Source: a virus
Virus record (IMG/VR): IMGVR_UViG_3300044630_005137
Location: 42,227 to 106,226 of that record
Strand: one strand, 5' to 3'
DNA length: 64,000 nt
Positions 23,001 to 30,571 of this stretch are shown here, in pieces. The number at the start of each line of letters is the position of its first letter. Position 1 is the stretch's first letter. The notes under the pieces are model-generated. The model was not told the origin of the DNA. It saw only the letters and a list, made by a program, of their open reading frames with translations, and ran no database searches. The translations under genes were made by a program, and so were the position numbers.

Positions 23001-25729
23001 AATGATTCAATGTCTCCACCAGTATTAAACTTAGGCATTCTTGTTGTCTGCATGCTATACGGAGCACCAAACGTTCTGATTCCACGCAGTCTACCAAACT
23101 CGGTCATTACAGCTGCGTTATTTTTTTTCTTATAAAGATCTCTTAATGTAAATTGACCATTTGCATCAACAACTGGTTGATCCATCATTGGGGCTCTTGT
23201 TAAATCAAGGCTTCTTCCACGTCCTGCAGCGTACATACTTACAGCAGCGCCCATGTCTGCTTCTATCTGTGCATTTAAAGCAATAATTCTTGCCTTTGCT
23301 TGATCAACTGTTATTTCTGCACTTCTCATTTGCTGAACTATTAATCCAGACTGTGTAGCTGCACTATCTGCAAATCTTTGAGTTATAGGAAGAATGTCAT
23401 CAAATGTGTCAAGGAGTTCTCTACTGACTGTTCCGCCCATCATAATTGTTTTCTTTAATGCTGCAATTTCTTGCTCTGTTTGCATTCCAAGTGTTGCCAT
23501 TAATGCATGGAACTTGGCTGCTTCTCCTGGAACAATTCCTGTAGATATTCCCTTTACGCTTGTTAGACCTTCAATGTTAGGTAGTCTATCATGCATATAC
23601 ATTTGAGGAGTTCTTGATATTCCTCTATTTACTGGTATTGCTCCTGGTACCCCGCCAAATATTGTTGCTGGCTTATTTGGGTCTCTAGGATTAATATGAG
23701 ACATTGCTCTTGTGTTAGGATCTCCTACATAAGGATCGTTAGGGTCAACAACTCTTCTTCCATGAGCAGGAGCAACAATTGTATTTCCAGCAACAGTAGA
23801 GACTCCTGCGTTTACTGGAACTGCACCCTTCATTGATGCTGCTTGAAGATTTTGATAATCTAAAACAAGTTTTTGAAGTGCATTGTGAAGAACTTGAGCC
23901 GCAGCTGCATCAGAATAAAATGCATTCTCGACTAGCTCTGCTGCTTTTTGTGCGGCAATAATTTCTGGAGTAAGCATCTTCCAGCCATTTGCTTTCATAA
24001 AGAATGCTCTTAGCTGGACAACACCCTTAGTTATATATCCAAAGAAGTTTGCGAGTAAACCAGTTAACATAATAAGTGGTCCAACTAATGCTGTAAATCC
24101 AGCAAGGAAGGTCAATCCTTTTTTAATTGGGTCTGGCAATTTAGTAAAGAAATCTAAGATTTTTGTTGCTGCGCTTATAAGCTTAGTTGCAACTCCAAGA
24201 AATTCCTGTCCTACATCTGCAAGCTCTGCTTTTAGTCCTTCTATGGCTCTCTTGTATTTACCAGATGCAGACTCTGTAACCATTTTTAATTCTCGGCTTG
24301 CTATATCTGCTAAATCTCCAGTACTTGCTTTCATCAATTCTAAAACTTGAAGCGTCTGGCTACCCTGTTTACCTAGATTATTAAGCAATGCGCTCATTCT
24401 TGCAAACTGGAACTTTCCAAACATTTGCTCCATTGCTCTTGCTTTACTTAGTGGGTCAAGGGAGTCTAAAGCTTTTTGCAGATCCATCAATAAACCAGTA
24501 GTGTCTCCAGTATTTTTTGCAACCATGCCCATAACATCTATGCCAAAATCTGACATCATCCCTACGGTTTGTTTTGTTGGGTTAATAAGAGATGCTAAAC
24601 CAGACTTCAAAGCGTTGGCACCTTCTGAAGCGCTAACACCACCTTCACGCATTGCAGTTAGATATAGGGCTAAGTCTTTAACATCTCCACCTAGCTGCTG
24701 AATCACTGGACCAGCTTTTGGAATTGCTTCTACTAGGTCATTAAGAGTTGTTGATGTCTGGTTTTCAACTGCGTTTAGAAAGTTAATAGATTCTGTTAGC
24801 TCTTGAGTATTTTGCTTAAAAGCTGTTTGAATTGATAATGTTGCTTTCATTGCATCTTGTCTATCAACTTCACCCAGAATAGCAAGTCTTGTTGTTTCTG
24901 CAATTGATCCTAGAAGTTCGTTTCCAGTTTGTCCTGTTGCTGCAATATCAGCACCTAATGCAATAGTATCCTTAAATGATGCACCCATTGTTTTAGATAA
25001 TGTTTTTGCAGTCTCAACAACTTCTTCTCTAATTGCTTTTAAATCTGAAGCAGATGTAGCTGCAAGACCACCGTAAACTTTTGTTAATCTTACAAGCTCT
25101 TGGTCTGCTTCTTTAAATGCTTTACCAGCTGCTGCTCCAAACATTGTGATTGGCACAGTAAGTCCTACAGTAAGCTGTCTACCAGCCCACTGAGTATTCT
25201 TACCCCAGTTAATTAAAGATCCTGCTCCCTCAGACAATGCACGATTCATAATCTGCATTTCCATTCGAGCTAGTTTTCCACTATTTGCTACAGCATCTAA
25301 TCCTCTAGGAATCATTACGTTATACTGCATTAACCCCTGAGCATTTCTACCTAGTGGTTGCAGTACTGAATTTTGAAGCATTACCTGTTCTTTGGCAAGC
25401 TCCCTGATCATACCCTTTTGAGTAGTAGTATGCTCTCTAAATGTAGAAAAATAATTTTTAAGCTTTAATCTACCAGCATCTAAGTTCTTACCGAACTTGT
25501 CTACATCAGAATTAAGGTTTACAAAGTGACTGGAGAACTGTCCGCTTCCAGTTAATGTATCTCTAAATAAATTGTTTGCTAATTTTGTTGAAGAAGAAAT
25601 TGCTTTGTTTGATGCAAGAAGCTCTCTTTGTAATTGTTGGAGACTAGAACTAGCCCTGTGTACTTCAGACACAAGGCTAGACAAGTCGGCTTTGGCGACT
25701 ATACTGGTTACAATTTGTTCGTCAGCCAC
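14057..25729 (-). CDS. Tape measure protein, 3890 aa, with embedded CHAP-like peptidase, LysM and further putative enzymatic modules
   Basis: Follows the tail chaperone. N-terminal TP901-type TMP core, hydrophobic segments, GPGTATSDSIPAMLSHGEYV motif, AWCGTFV...H...GN (CHAP) and HVVEKDQTLSQIA...LNP (LysM). Confidence 0.92.
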   Translation of the reverse strand: MADEQIVTSIVAKADLSSLVSEVHRASSSLQQLQRELLASNKAISSSTKLANNLFRDTLTGSGQFSSHFVNLNSDVDKFGKNLDAGRLKLKNYFSTFREHTTTQKGMIRELAKEQVMLQNSVLQPLGRNAQGLMQYNVMIPRGLDAVANSGKLARMEMQIMNRALSEGAGSLINWGKNTQWAGRQLTVGLTVPITMFGAAAGKAFKEADQELVRLTKVYGGLAATSASDLKAIREEVVETAKTLSKTMGASFKDTIALGADIAATGQTGNELLGSIAETTRLAILGEVDRQDAMKATLSIQTAFKQNTQELTESINFLNAVENQTSTTLNDLVEAIPKAGPVIQQLGGDVKDLALYLTAMREGGVSASEGANALKSGLASLINPTKQTVGMMSDFGIDVMGMVAKNTGDTTGLLMDLQKALDSLDPLSKARAMEQMFGKFQFARMSALLNNLGKQGSQTLQVLELMKASTGDLADIASRELKMVTESASGKYKRAIEGLKAELADVGQEFLGVATKLISAATKILDFFTKLPDPIKKGLTFLAGFTALVGPLIMLTGLLANFFGYITKGVVQLRAFFMKANGWKMLTPEIIAAQKAAELVENAFYSDAAAAQVLHNALQKLVLDYQNLQAASMKGAVPVNAGVSTVAGNTIVAPAHGRRVVDPNDPYVGDPNTRAMSHINPRDPNKPATIFGGVPGAIPVNRGISRTPQMYMHDRLPNIEGLTSVKGISTGIVPGEAAKFHALMATLGMQTEQEIAALKKTIMMGGTVSRELLDTFDDILPITQRFADSAATQSGLIVQQMRSAEITVDQAKARIIALNAQIEADMGAAVSMYAAGRGRSLDLTRAPMMDQPVVDANGQFTLRDLYKKKNNAAVMTEFGRLRGIRTFGAPYSMQTTRMPKFNTGGDIESFGPGKTMVSGPSSINYDDRLGSVPVGGYVLNQSASMDPANAPLVAMASATYENGGEITAALTPREVVFGPKIQRMPELYAAVDAANSGYNFGGQIMNGVTGYGKKTGKTPQVENKAYYKRRLREYLRFINNPRYADDIRVRMIMLDAAELAGKAKMPIDKAINIATSNFDKAIGKSGGSIEKFIDIRIKQVQGLEGAKDANGNLKFPGLKLNDPTNTRSTGGSTALNYELNNVRSAMLKNRKFKDVFDLIEGVTPTDLKNSKGMPYIEGLHARGHITRHGNVGYATSGHMGVAAVIPNGINSIMARLQDIGISPDILHLSGEDARKNFQIALKSVGMHKMTTVDDIATALEENNLFKTKEQIASGSVVRATPKQRNDLQMFLEAVMERKRWMLIPRGRPPIMTPVLAKLNMGGMIPGGSVSPGRFSYGVVPPLSARLESIRLAQQAQYAKKREADMIKYPWIKEAVAGRDRGTSISPLLKLLPPGKQLDILEQSREMSRATATGSFKDLPPVKYGHMVSPSSGMSYPIPGVSGLYRDSEGRLKFFKGVPNEISAKAEVYGTRMAREVFGLDAPEQTIKTISNPLDPSGKSKLLGVESPFDKRFTTGGTVFTEDEMIRQTIASLVMNNKDLSPSNVYGNVLADVGAAGVFPKASRNTAHAESLPSMIDQAMINLLGVKGGARKDFAVNTAPIAAGMTSKQYNRKIKAAMKKMHPKLIKFVATLPREDRAPYIKLLQRFENGMDDATDFGPLHAVHVAAKRNSGGPIGGGPVRSGRYAYGAKNKKGSQRSGNPAKRAEDDRLRAARTASYNPPSGSGYTSSGNPQMQVIRVPYVGGSGVAGNAFGSVATGQSQQIIDTLKLSQIGQLPAGVTRAFDSLTKSIKVGTVGLRYGIATSATHINSAYRDFAKSQVASARLNASFLSNWVKTNTRDIKDGILRHQARSYSAAYPGANYLMGPGQIMPISMSGPGMVGDWKETGQDGTKSRKVGTLGYRKREYMDADGYIHDKKSAQAAGLDTKIRGGMGMGAQMGIGMAGNMGGMYMMQQEKVNMLGMEMSGMNAGLGIMAASTIIPMVPWLTVGNKIKTTTSATMAAIKAAKGFKDAISKLGAQLGKYIKILKGVGVVISVLLIGFDVWKKYNNAQQDAAMSLGITKDGAEQAGISYFNLNNYLTEYIEKQKLANAAAQGGRSSSIGMPGIPQSVEDMKKAKEEGAALKDLIESINRTSSTGELQTLINNQKAQFIAGGLSVEQANRMIYGAIANSEKATKSYELLANSGFGAITDKATAAEFAVKNLLETLKPEPKTGWSKGSFEYNLAKQPMWFTKQWKEENNLFERGVDLTFIGLIDRYANAFADTNAYKKGVISGLESVISTFDSSTKALIGTKNATGEVIDEYEAYQISLANLEKDVPNFNAAIGEETFKVIQDMSPELAKITNKFDSIKSILAKIKLSTSGIGLDLKYLDGELAIKLAGFTAAVGEGIDGLTKAAGDGSTYGSVGKILNKLQKSIAATSAASQKAAAATQKNIQEELKLIAKKISLIEDEKNKKLESLRATQDASNYALELQKLQIEYADAISRGDQAGAARARIEIDQLTSNRQFDLTQKAIEDEAARLKAIEQKKIDAKQAKADAAAQKFEGAQDGAASATKIADLIKGFKDTYDEITTLRITNNLLPDSKAKRDSEVQLLGRLDNLLKQIGVAGTGNSQTAKDIRSAFAEYFNKDGTVKKVYVESKPAGLPDAGTAGIVPRVSVNKDTLSIFDRDVAAVTKFADQITGGKGYSIKKMTEEIVAAIRGGGTYKDPINAGTAKDAVGKKYIDWNTPLFNDRSAVKYFAAKKGYKPGQQFTLEEANGVKKQFLVLNDGSIQYQRDISPTYASGGKVRGPGTATSDSIPAMLSHGEYVIKASSVAKYGVKAMDDINAGRFANGGQVQKFSTGGQALLKEIGKDPTLKDVKSPLGTAKRFIDTAISQLGTEEEVMGKTYGAEGNNITKYSRWLNSIKDLGAKAFAWCGTFVQWAAHMSGVKIPDTFYTADGAKSFAGLGQLVDVATTIPTKIDDRSASDDVGESPRASDFNVGVNYDTGKYYGNPKDIERYEKAADEYYKKYHAYQAKREKSKQDKAKAGWARILKNPPKPGDIMYLNWAQQSSDSDTNRIRHAAIATEVKREKSYSGVEQFSISTVDGNIRDRVSQSGYYLTKESVGDNALVAYARPNFMPSPLTAIEDAISAAVNQRTTHVVEKDQTLSQIAKSLNIDSKVLAELNPDYLLGNTVYKGSRINIPKKFAGGGMVQAFGEGGGPGIPSWPKKRKKFKSPGMGIDKYTPPLIGSGASAWSGGLLGGGGGFTVGMHDGGYVHPHPHDALTNTLIQAPRKGTTAYAKYAYEMARNYGGAAKTAAKLTKPIKVSDGPAYSWLGSDGTIGYSRHDKYKYVDAGMGSASEVASQILNDLSKTAMRAKIIEMNAKRFHKGGPVGHKHKYGEPTSKKQNWLQRYVSGLTESQDEAQAILSRSPLTSWMASDPLGAVAALRKATGQSREGDNLSASLLPFNFMGFGLGARVGMGATGVANSARLANATTGAGGPAVSSMKSSKASKTIIRNLQKKAMEYAEARGASIPEMVLSGDRALTDAPTTFFSPPGTDLSRAYNYYWGEAWEILNKNGDPAIKDVSKEYFMTMLGLMGKGQISRAETAETVTTEFSKAANKAYAAAHGLDPNQPLAMYKATEAHSKLGGYWSLSSKMAAHYASDAHLNLTGDKAGNWMGGSNAGLYKIDVLPEQVPTPLSIGGMYDEFTSTLPPELVELLGGGQRIAVGGKKFTVRGDKRGTPGPQRANTADEFYSVVRGAALPQGIYPHDLSRLMKTDLHSRNLPFMDAINNTFKKLLEFGSIRPKFANGGMVNSLSNLGVPMFENGINMVPANMLAMLHKNEAVIPANMNPFNPNASAAVSGSVYNISVELNGTNVTAQDVATQIHKEMRLKEMAAGVNRRVGNG

Positions 25730-26106
25730 TAATTACTCCTAGAATATCCTAACCCTGCTCCAATTCCAAATCCAGCTTGCGCCGCTAAGGGCCCTTGTAA
25801 ACCAACAACATCATCTGGTGATGCATTTATTCCAAGTGCTCTTCTTTGGATATCTTCAAAGGTAGAACCTTTTTTTTCTTCTTCTACATCATCATCTAAT
25901 TGTATCCCTTTTAGTGATGCTGCAAACTTTCTTTGGTTGTGCTCTCTTTCATTTATCGCTGTAATTGTTTGAATCAATTCTGGCAGTGATAAAGTTTCTT
26001 CTAGTTCTTCGTAATTCTTCCAGTGACCCAGAAGAAAAACTTGACCCTCTAAAGCGGCTAAATCTAGTTCTGGCCAGCCAGTACCGCTGCCGCTATCAGG
26101 TTTGGG
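25729..26106 (-). CDS. Tail assembly chaperone C-terminal extension (gpGT-like), reached by -1 frameshift
   Basis: The -1 frame is open from the slippery site: PDSGSGTGWPELDLAALEGQVFLLGHWKNYEELEETLSLPELIQT... Confidence 0.8.
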   Translation of the reverse strand, partial: PKPDSGSGTGWPELDLAALEGQVFLLGHWKNYEELEETLSLPELIQTITAINEREHNQRKFAASLKGIQLDDDVEEEKKGSTFEDIQRRALGINASPDDVVGLQGPLAAQAGFGIGAGLGYSRSN

Positions 26107-26396
26107 TCGTCCATCTTAATTCCTCCGCAAACTTCAAGGATGCGGTTAATTGTTGGAACATCTAATGCTTCTTCAAGCTTCTCTATGTCTTTAACAAGAT
26201 CAGGTAGTTGAACTTCCAATGCTACTCCGCATGCTTCAACTAAAATTCCAAGTGTTGCAGCTTCGTCTTCTGCGTCTTGTACTTTCTTAATTACTTCCAT
26301 AAACTTTCTTAGTTGTTTGATTGAGAGAGGCTTAAGCTTTACATTAGCTCCGCTTTGTAGCTGAATCTCTTCTACATCATATACTGTTGTTGCCAT
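26064..26396 (-). CDS. Tail assembly chaperone (gpG-like)
   Basis: 110 aa between the major tail and tape measure genes. AAGGAGG RBS. Confidence 0.85.
   Translation of the reverse strand: MATTVYDVEEIQLQSGANVKLKPLSIKQLRKFMEVIKKVQDAEDEAATLGILVEACGVALEVQLPDLVKDIEKLEEALDVPTINRILEVCGGIKMDDPNLIAAAVLAGQN
26100..26106 (-). other. Programmed -1 ribosomal frameshift slippery heptamer C CCA AAC
   Basis: X XXY YYZ in the zero frame (GAC CCA AAC) near the end of the chaperone gene. The -1 frame has a TAA just upstream and is open downstream. Confidence 0.8.
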
Positions 26397-26456
26397 TTTA
26401 TCCTCCTTAAGGATTGTCTAAATTATTATAGCATAACCATTATACGGATACAACAG

Positions 26457-26484
26457 CAAAGCCCCCAATTTCTTGGGGGCTTTG
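26457..26484 (-). terminator. Hairpin after the major tail gene
   Basis: CAAAGCCCCCAA-tttc-TTGGGGGCTTTG, with only a weak U tract. Confidence 0.7.
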
Positions 26485-26503
26485 ATATTAATTATTAATA
26501 TAA

Positions 26504-27265
26504 TTAAATTGCTAGAACGCGGTCAATAATCTTACCGTACTCTGAACCAATATGGTCTGAATTACCAGATGGTAGAAGACGGAATGTTACTGGGAATGTT
26601 GTTGCTGCTGTACGAGCCAAAGAGAACTGTGACTGTTCTACAGACAAAACACGACGTGCATAGTATACACGCTCAGTTGATACTGCTTCTGATGTTGGAG
26701 CCTGTCCAATTGCAATTAGCTGACGCTCTGTTGGAGCTGCACCTAGTGCACCTGCTTCCAAACCTAGTGTGTCAACTGCTGTTAGATCAGAGCCTGTTGA
26801 TGTAAGTGTTGATCCCTTTTGACCAAATACTGCAAGAACGTTCTCTAGAGTACCTTCTGCCATTTCTGTTGAGATCTGAACCATCATTGCAGACTTAAAC
26901 AGCTTAGCTGTATCTAGCAACTGATCAACAGTTACTGAGTCAAATGTTGGCTGGTAGCTGATCTGAAGACCATTATTTGTGTAACCTACGTTGCGGTAAG
27001 CTCCACCAATTGCTGGTGTTGATTCTGTAGGTGTTGCTGTTTGAGTAGCACCTGTTGTTGTTAAAACTTTGTTTAGTGTTGTAGTATAAGACTCTCCTTG
27101 TAAGAATGCTGGTACAAAACGATTCTTTGATGCAACGAAAGCGTTTGCGACGCCTGCATCCATGCTTGAATCATAACCTCCTACTGTTGAATCTTCTACT
27201 GACAAAAATAGTGGTGATGCGCCAACAAGAATATTCTTAGCGTCACCTGTATTTTGATATGCCAT
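26504..27265 (-). CDS. Major tail protein (probable start MAYQN)
   Basis: VGYT.NGL...Y.P...V.VDQ.LD tail-tube pattern. AGGAGG RBS before the internal Met. Followed by a terminator and the chaperone. Confidence 0.85.
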   Translation of the reverse strand: MAYQNTGDAKNILVGASPLFLSVEDSTVGGYDSSMDAGVANAFVASKNRFVPAFLQGESYTTTLNKVLTTTGATQTATPTESTPAIGGAYRNVGYTNNGLQISYQPTFDSVTVDQLLDTAKLFKSAMMVQISTEMAEGTLENVLAVFGQKGSTLTSTGSDLTAVDTLGLEAGALGAAPTERQLIAIGQAPTSEAVSTERVYYARRVLSVEQSQFSLARTAATTFPVTFRLLPSGNSDHIGSEYGKIIDRVLAI

Positions 27266-27368
27266 AATTGTATTTCCTCCTGATTTCATATGAAATTGAT
27301 ATATCTATTTGGCTGGCTAGGCCCTTTCCTCTGTTCTAATTTTACTCTACTACATTATAAAAGGCAAA

Positions 27369-27878
27369 TCAGGAAAATCTGCCTTTACCATCTGTTATTC
27401 TAGAGTATTTTACCTCTAATATTACATCTGCTCCATAGAATCCTTGTATCTCTTCTGATGGGGCTGTAGATGATATGTCTGCTATATGGATGCTATGAAA
27501 CTTAAATTTATTAGATAGCCCCGCCCATTTATTAACATCCCTTGCAGACTCATCCATTCTTCTAAACTCATCAGTTAGGAAGTTTCTTATTTCAACAATA
27601 TCAAGCAGATCTGGTGAATATAGGGTCAATAGGATTTGTTCGCAACATATCATCCAGTTATTCTCATAAGACGTTCCTATCTTATCATAGACTATGTGCT
27701 TCTTCCCGCTCAAAAATTGATTCATTTCTGGCTGTTGCTGTACTGGAACAATTGGAACAAGGGTTTCATTAAGGTTGTCGGAGTAGTAGTCATCTGCATC
27801 AAATATGCTGACGGCTGTAAGTCTACTCCATAAGAATTTTCTTATTTCAAACATAGCATCTAATTTGTAATTAGCCAT
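27369..27878 (-). CDS. Tail terminator-like protein
   Basis: 169 aa immediately before the major tail gene (synteny). Confidence 0.6.
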   Translation of the reverse strand: MANYKLDAMFEIRKFLWSRLTAVSIFDADDYYSDNLNETLVPIVPVQQQPEMNQFLSGKKHIVYDKIGTSYENNWMICCEQILLTLYSPDLLDIVEIRNFLTDEFRRMDESARDVNKWAGLSNKFKFHSIHIADISSTAPSEEIQGFYGADVILEVKYSRITDGKGRFS

Positions 27879-28662
27879 TTGCTAACCTCGCAAATGCTGC
27901 TGATGTTGCGGCGTCGGCTTCATTTGCTAACTGATTTGCAGAGAAGCTGTACTTAACCGTCTTAACTTGTGCTGGAACTCCTAGAGCTCTAGATAATGAT
28001 GAATTAAAAAGTCTTTGGAATCCCGATTTTTTTATAGACATATTAACTAGCTGACCAGTAAAGAAATATCTGTAAGCAGAAAAGAAAGAATTTTTAACTC
28101 CTGCCCCGCCTGGCTTTCTGACAGTAACAGATTCTCCCTTTGGCATAAAAACTGTATATCCATCTACATCAAACACTAGTCTTTCTGAGAACCTAGGTGC
28201 AATAACTACAGTCTTTCCATCTTCCATAACGGAGGCTTTTTTTACAAATACGTGTTTGTTATTAGAATTTTCAGATGGTACAAATGACTTAGAATCAATT
28301 AGTTCATAGTTAACCTTTAAAGATAGGCCATCGGCTGGAAGCTTTTTTAGTTTAAATAGTCTAGCTTCATCTTCTCCAATTCTACCCCATTCATAAACAT
28401 GATGAAAAGACTTTGGAGATGTTCTTGATTTTGCATCTACATAATCTCCAAAATCAACTTGAAGCTGATCAAATATTACATTTCTAAATGCAGATTGAAA
28501 TTGTGCATTTGATGCTAATTTTGCCATGACATTTGTTTTGTAAAACAGTGCAGCAGATATCTGTGCAACTGTACTGTCTTTTATTGCACCACTGGCTGGC
28601 CTATTAGACATTAAGTTAACTAATCCGCTTGCTGCTCTAATTGCTAAAATTTCAGATGCCAA
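27871..28662 (-). CDS. Neck / tail completion protein (probable TTG start, LASEIL)
   Basis: HHVYEW motif and synteny. GGAG RBS before the TTG. Confidence 0.55.
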   Translation of the reverse strand: MASEILAIRAASGLVNLMSNRPASGAIKDSTVAQISAALFYKTNVMAKLASNAQFQSAFRNVIFDQLQVDFGDYVDAKSRTSPKSFHHVYEWGRIGEDEARLFKLKKLPADGLSLKVNYELIDSKSFVPSENSNNKHVFVKKASVMEDGKTVVIAPRFSERLVFDVDGYTVFMPKGESVTVRKPGGAGVKNSFFSAYRYFFTGQLVNMSIKKSGFQRLFNSSLSRALGVPAQVKTVKYSFSANQLANEADAATSAAFARLANG

Positions 28663-29077
28663 TTTGCTGATTCTCCGCTCTTTGTAGTGATGAGTTATAT
28701 CCAACTACATTTCCAAATGGTTCTGCTATTGGAGTTGTTCCTACAACATCAAAGACTGTGTCTGTATCATTTGGGTAATTTAGCTCATACCAAATCGGTT
28801 TGCCATTTACATCAACAATATTCTTAACTTTATCTCTAGCAGTTAGTCTTTCAGATGTTCTAACTTCTATATACTGGTTGTTTGAATATTTATTTGAAAA
28901 CTTTTGGCTATCATTTGACCTATTTCGGCTTTCTGTAATTACTCCTCTAGCGTAGCAATCTATTGTTTTAATATAAGAAAACTCTCTAATCATTGCACCA
29001 GTGTTTGGGTCTTGCCGTTCAGATTGACGATAGACATCCATTTTCATGGTCATTAAACCATCAACTATTTCAAACAT
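28652..29077 (-). CDS. Head closure (stopper) protein
   Basis: 141 aa beta-rich ORF. Synteny after the adaptor. Confidence 0.6.
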   Translation of the reverse strand: MFEIVDGLMTMKMDVYRQSERQDPNTGAMIREFSYIKTIDCYARGVITESRNRSNDSQKFSNKYSNNQYIEVRTSERLTARDKVKNIVDVNGKPIWYELNYPNDTDTVFDVVGTTPIAEPFGNVVGYNSSLQRAENQQIGI

Positions 29078-30060
29078 TACACCAATACCATTTGTGTTAT
29101 AACATAATCTGCTAGAAGTTTATCTGCGTAAGAAGATCCAGTTCCACCAAAGGCCTCTGAAGAATATTCAAAATCCCAGTCTGTTGTAGATATCTTTTTA
29201 ACATATCTTTCTCTCCATATACGATCTTTTGCAAAATACATCTTCATTAGTTCAACTGCTGCATCTCTAATTTCATTTGGAATATAATCCCAACCAAATC
29301 TAGCATAAACCTTATAAGACTTTGATCTTCTAAAAATATTTGGAGATGAATCATTAATAGAGGGAGGAACCATTCCATTTGCAATATATACATCATCATT
29401 GATGCCAGCAAAATGATTGGCTCTTATTCCAAATCCACTTACTGTATTTTCAACAGTTATGCCTAAGTTATTAATACCATTGATATTGTCTATAAGCAAT
29501 TCATCATTGGCATATAGAGTATGTAGCCTATTTATTTTTTTAGGCATTGAAAGTGTATCTGAATCACTTCCTATTGTAAAGAAGCTATCATCATGCAAAT
29601 AAAACTTTTGTCCTGTGTGCCCTTCAATTATATTTCTAGCATATCTTTCAGCTAGCTTTAATTCCTGGAATGTTTTATGATTTGGATCATTTGCATCTGA
29701 ACCAAGACCCATCTCTTGAGCTGCCTCTTGAATATCAACGTATGGAGTAACAATATCTAGGTAGGTTGTAGTTGAGTATGCAACTGAGTTGAACTGCCAA
29801 TCCCATACTAACTTAAACTTTCTATTTCTTGTTGCATTCTGGACTGGCAGATAAACACTAAACGATCCTTGATCAACTTCGCTTGCTTCTGCTGTTACAG
29901 TTGCAATAATTGATGAAGGATTAATCTGTGGAGAAACAAGCGGATCGCCAGTTATGTCATAAAATTTTACAACTACTGATGATGTTGGCGTTATAGCTTC
30001 ACCTTTTACGTAAAGTTTTGTTGTTGCTGCCGTGCTTGTGTTTATGTATATCTCTGCCAT
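29077..30060 (-). CDS. Head-to-tail adaptor with N-terminal Ig-like extension
   Basis: AERYAR.IIE..TGQ.F and GW..IP..I..AA..L adaptor motifs. Confidence 0.7.
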   Translation of the reverse strand: MAEIYINTSTAATTKLYVKGEAITPTSSVVVKFYDITGDPLVSPQINPSSIIATVTAEASEVDQGSFSVYLPVQNATRNRKFKLVWDWQFNSVAYSTTTYLDIVTPYVDIQEAAQEMGLGSDANDPNHKTFQELKLAERYARNIIEGHTGQKFYLHDDSFFTIGSDSDTLSMPKKINRLHTLYANDELLIDNINGINNLGITVENTVSGFGIRANHFAGINDDVYIANGMVPPSINDSSPNIFRRSKSYKVYARFGWDYIPNEIRDAAVELMKMYFAKDRIWRERYVKKISTTDWDFEYSSEAFGGTGSSYADKLLADYVITQMVLV

Positions 30061-30069
30061 GTGTTAGGC

Positions 30070-30468
30070 TTAGTTGTAGTACTCCTGTACTTCTCTAGGT
30101 GTAGCCAATCTAAACCCTTCCTCCTTATCAAAAATTTCTTGAGCCAAATCTGGCTTCATTGCTACAAATGGGTGCTCAATCGTAAATGTAAATCCAAGTG
30201 CATCATATCTGTAGTTTGGTCGATCCATCTTTACAAGAACCATATCTTCATCAAGCTTTTGATTTGGATCTAGTCTAGGAAGAATTTCATCTGCATCTTC
30301 TTTTGCGTTCTCTATGTTTTTAAGTGTGCCTTGGTATACTGACCAAGTTACTCCTTCTTCTGTTAGGGCTGCAATAACATCTGCTTTATTTTTTAGGCCA
30401 TCAACATCAACTGCGAAGTCCGCTGCTAATGTCTTTAGTTCCTTGACCTTAAGTGTGTCAAATGACAT
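30070..30468 (-). CDS. Capsid-adjacent protein with Rho-N/HeH-like N-terminus (probable start MSFDTL)
   Basis: LKVKELK.LA...VD..G..NKADVIAAL. AAGGAG RBS. Confidence 0.65.
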   Translation of the reverse strand: MSFDTLKVKELKTLAADFAVDVDGLKNKADVIAALTEEGVTWSVYQGTLKNIENAKEDADEILPRLDPNQKLDEDMVLVKMDRPNYRYDALGFTFTIEHPFVAMKPDLAQEIFDKEEGFRLATPREVQEYYN

Positions 30469-30519
30469 ATATATACTCCTTTGGTATGTATACAAATTAT
30501 AGCACTATAAAATTAAAAT

Positions 30520-30551
30520 GAAAAGCCCCCAAAATTAATTGGGGGCCTTTC
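30520..30551 (-). terminator. Rho-independent terminator after the major capsid gene
   Basis: GCCCCCAA/TTGGGGGC stem followed by a T-rich tract on the minus strand. Confidence 0.75.
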
Positions 30552-30571
30552 GGTAGTTATTTCTTATTTAA

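Noticed and set aside
14292-24701. Plus-strand ORFs opposite the TMP and other long genes
   Set aside because: Antisense shadows without RBS or recognisable motifs.
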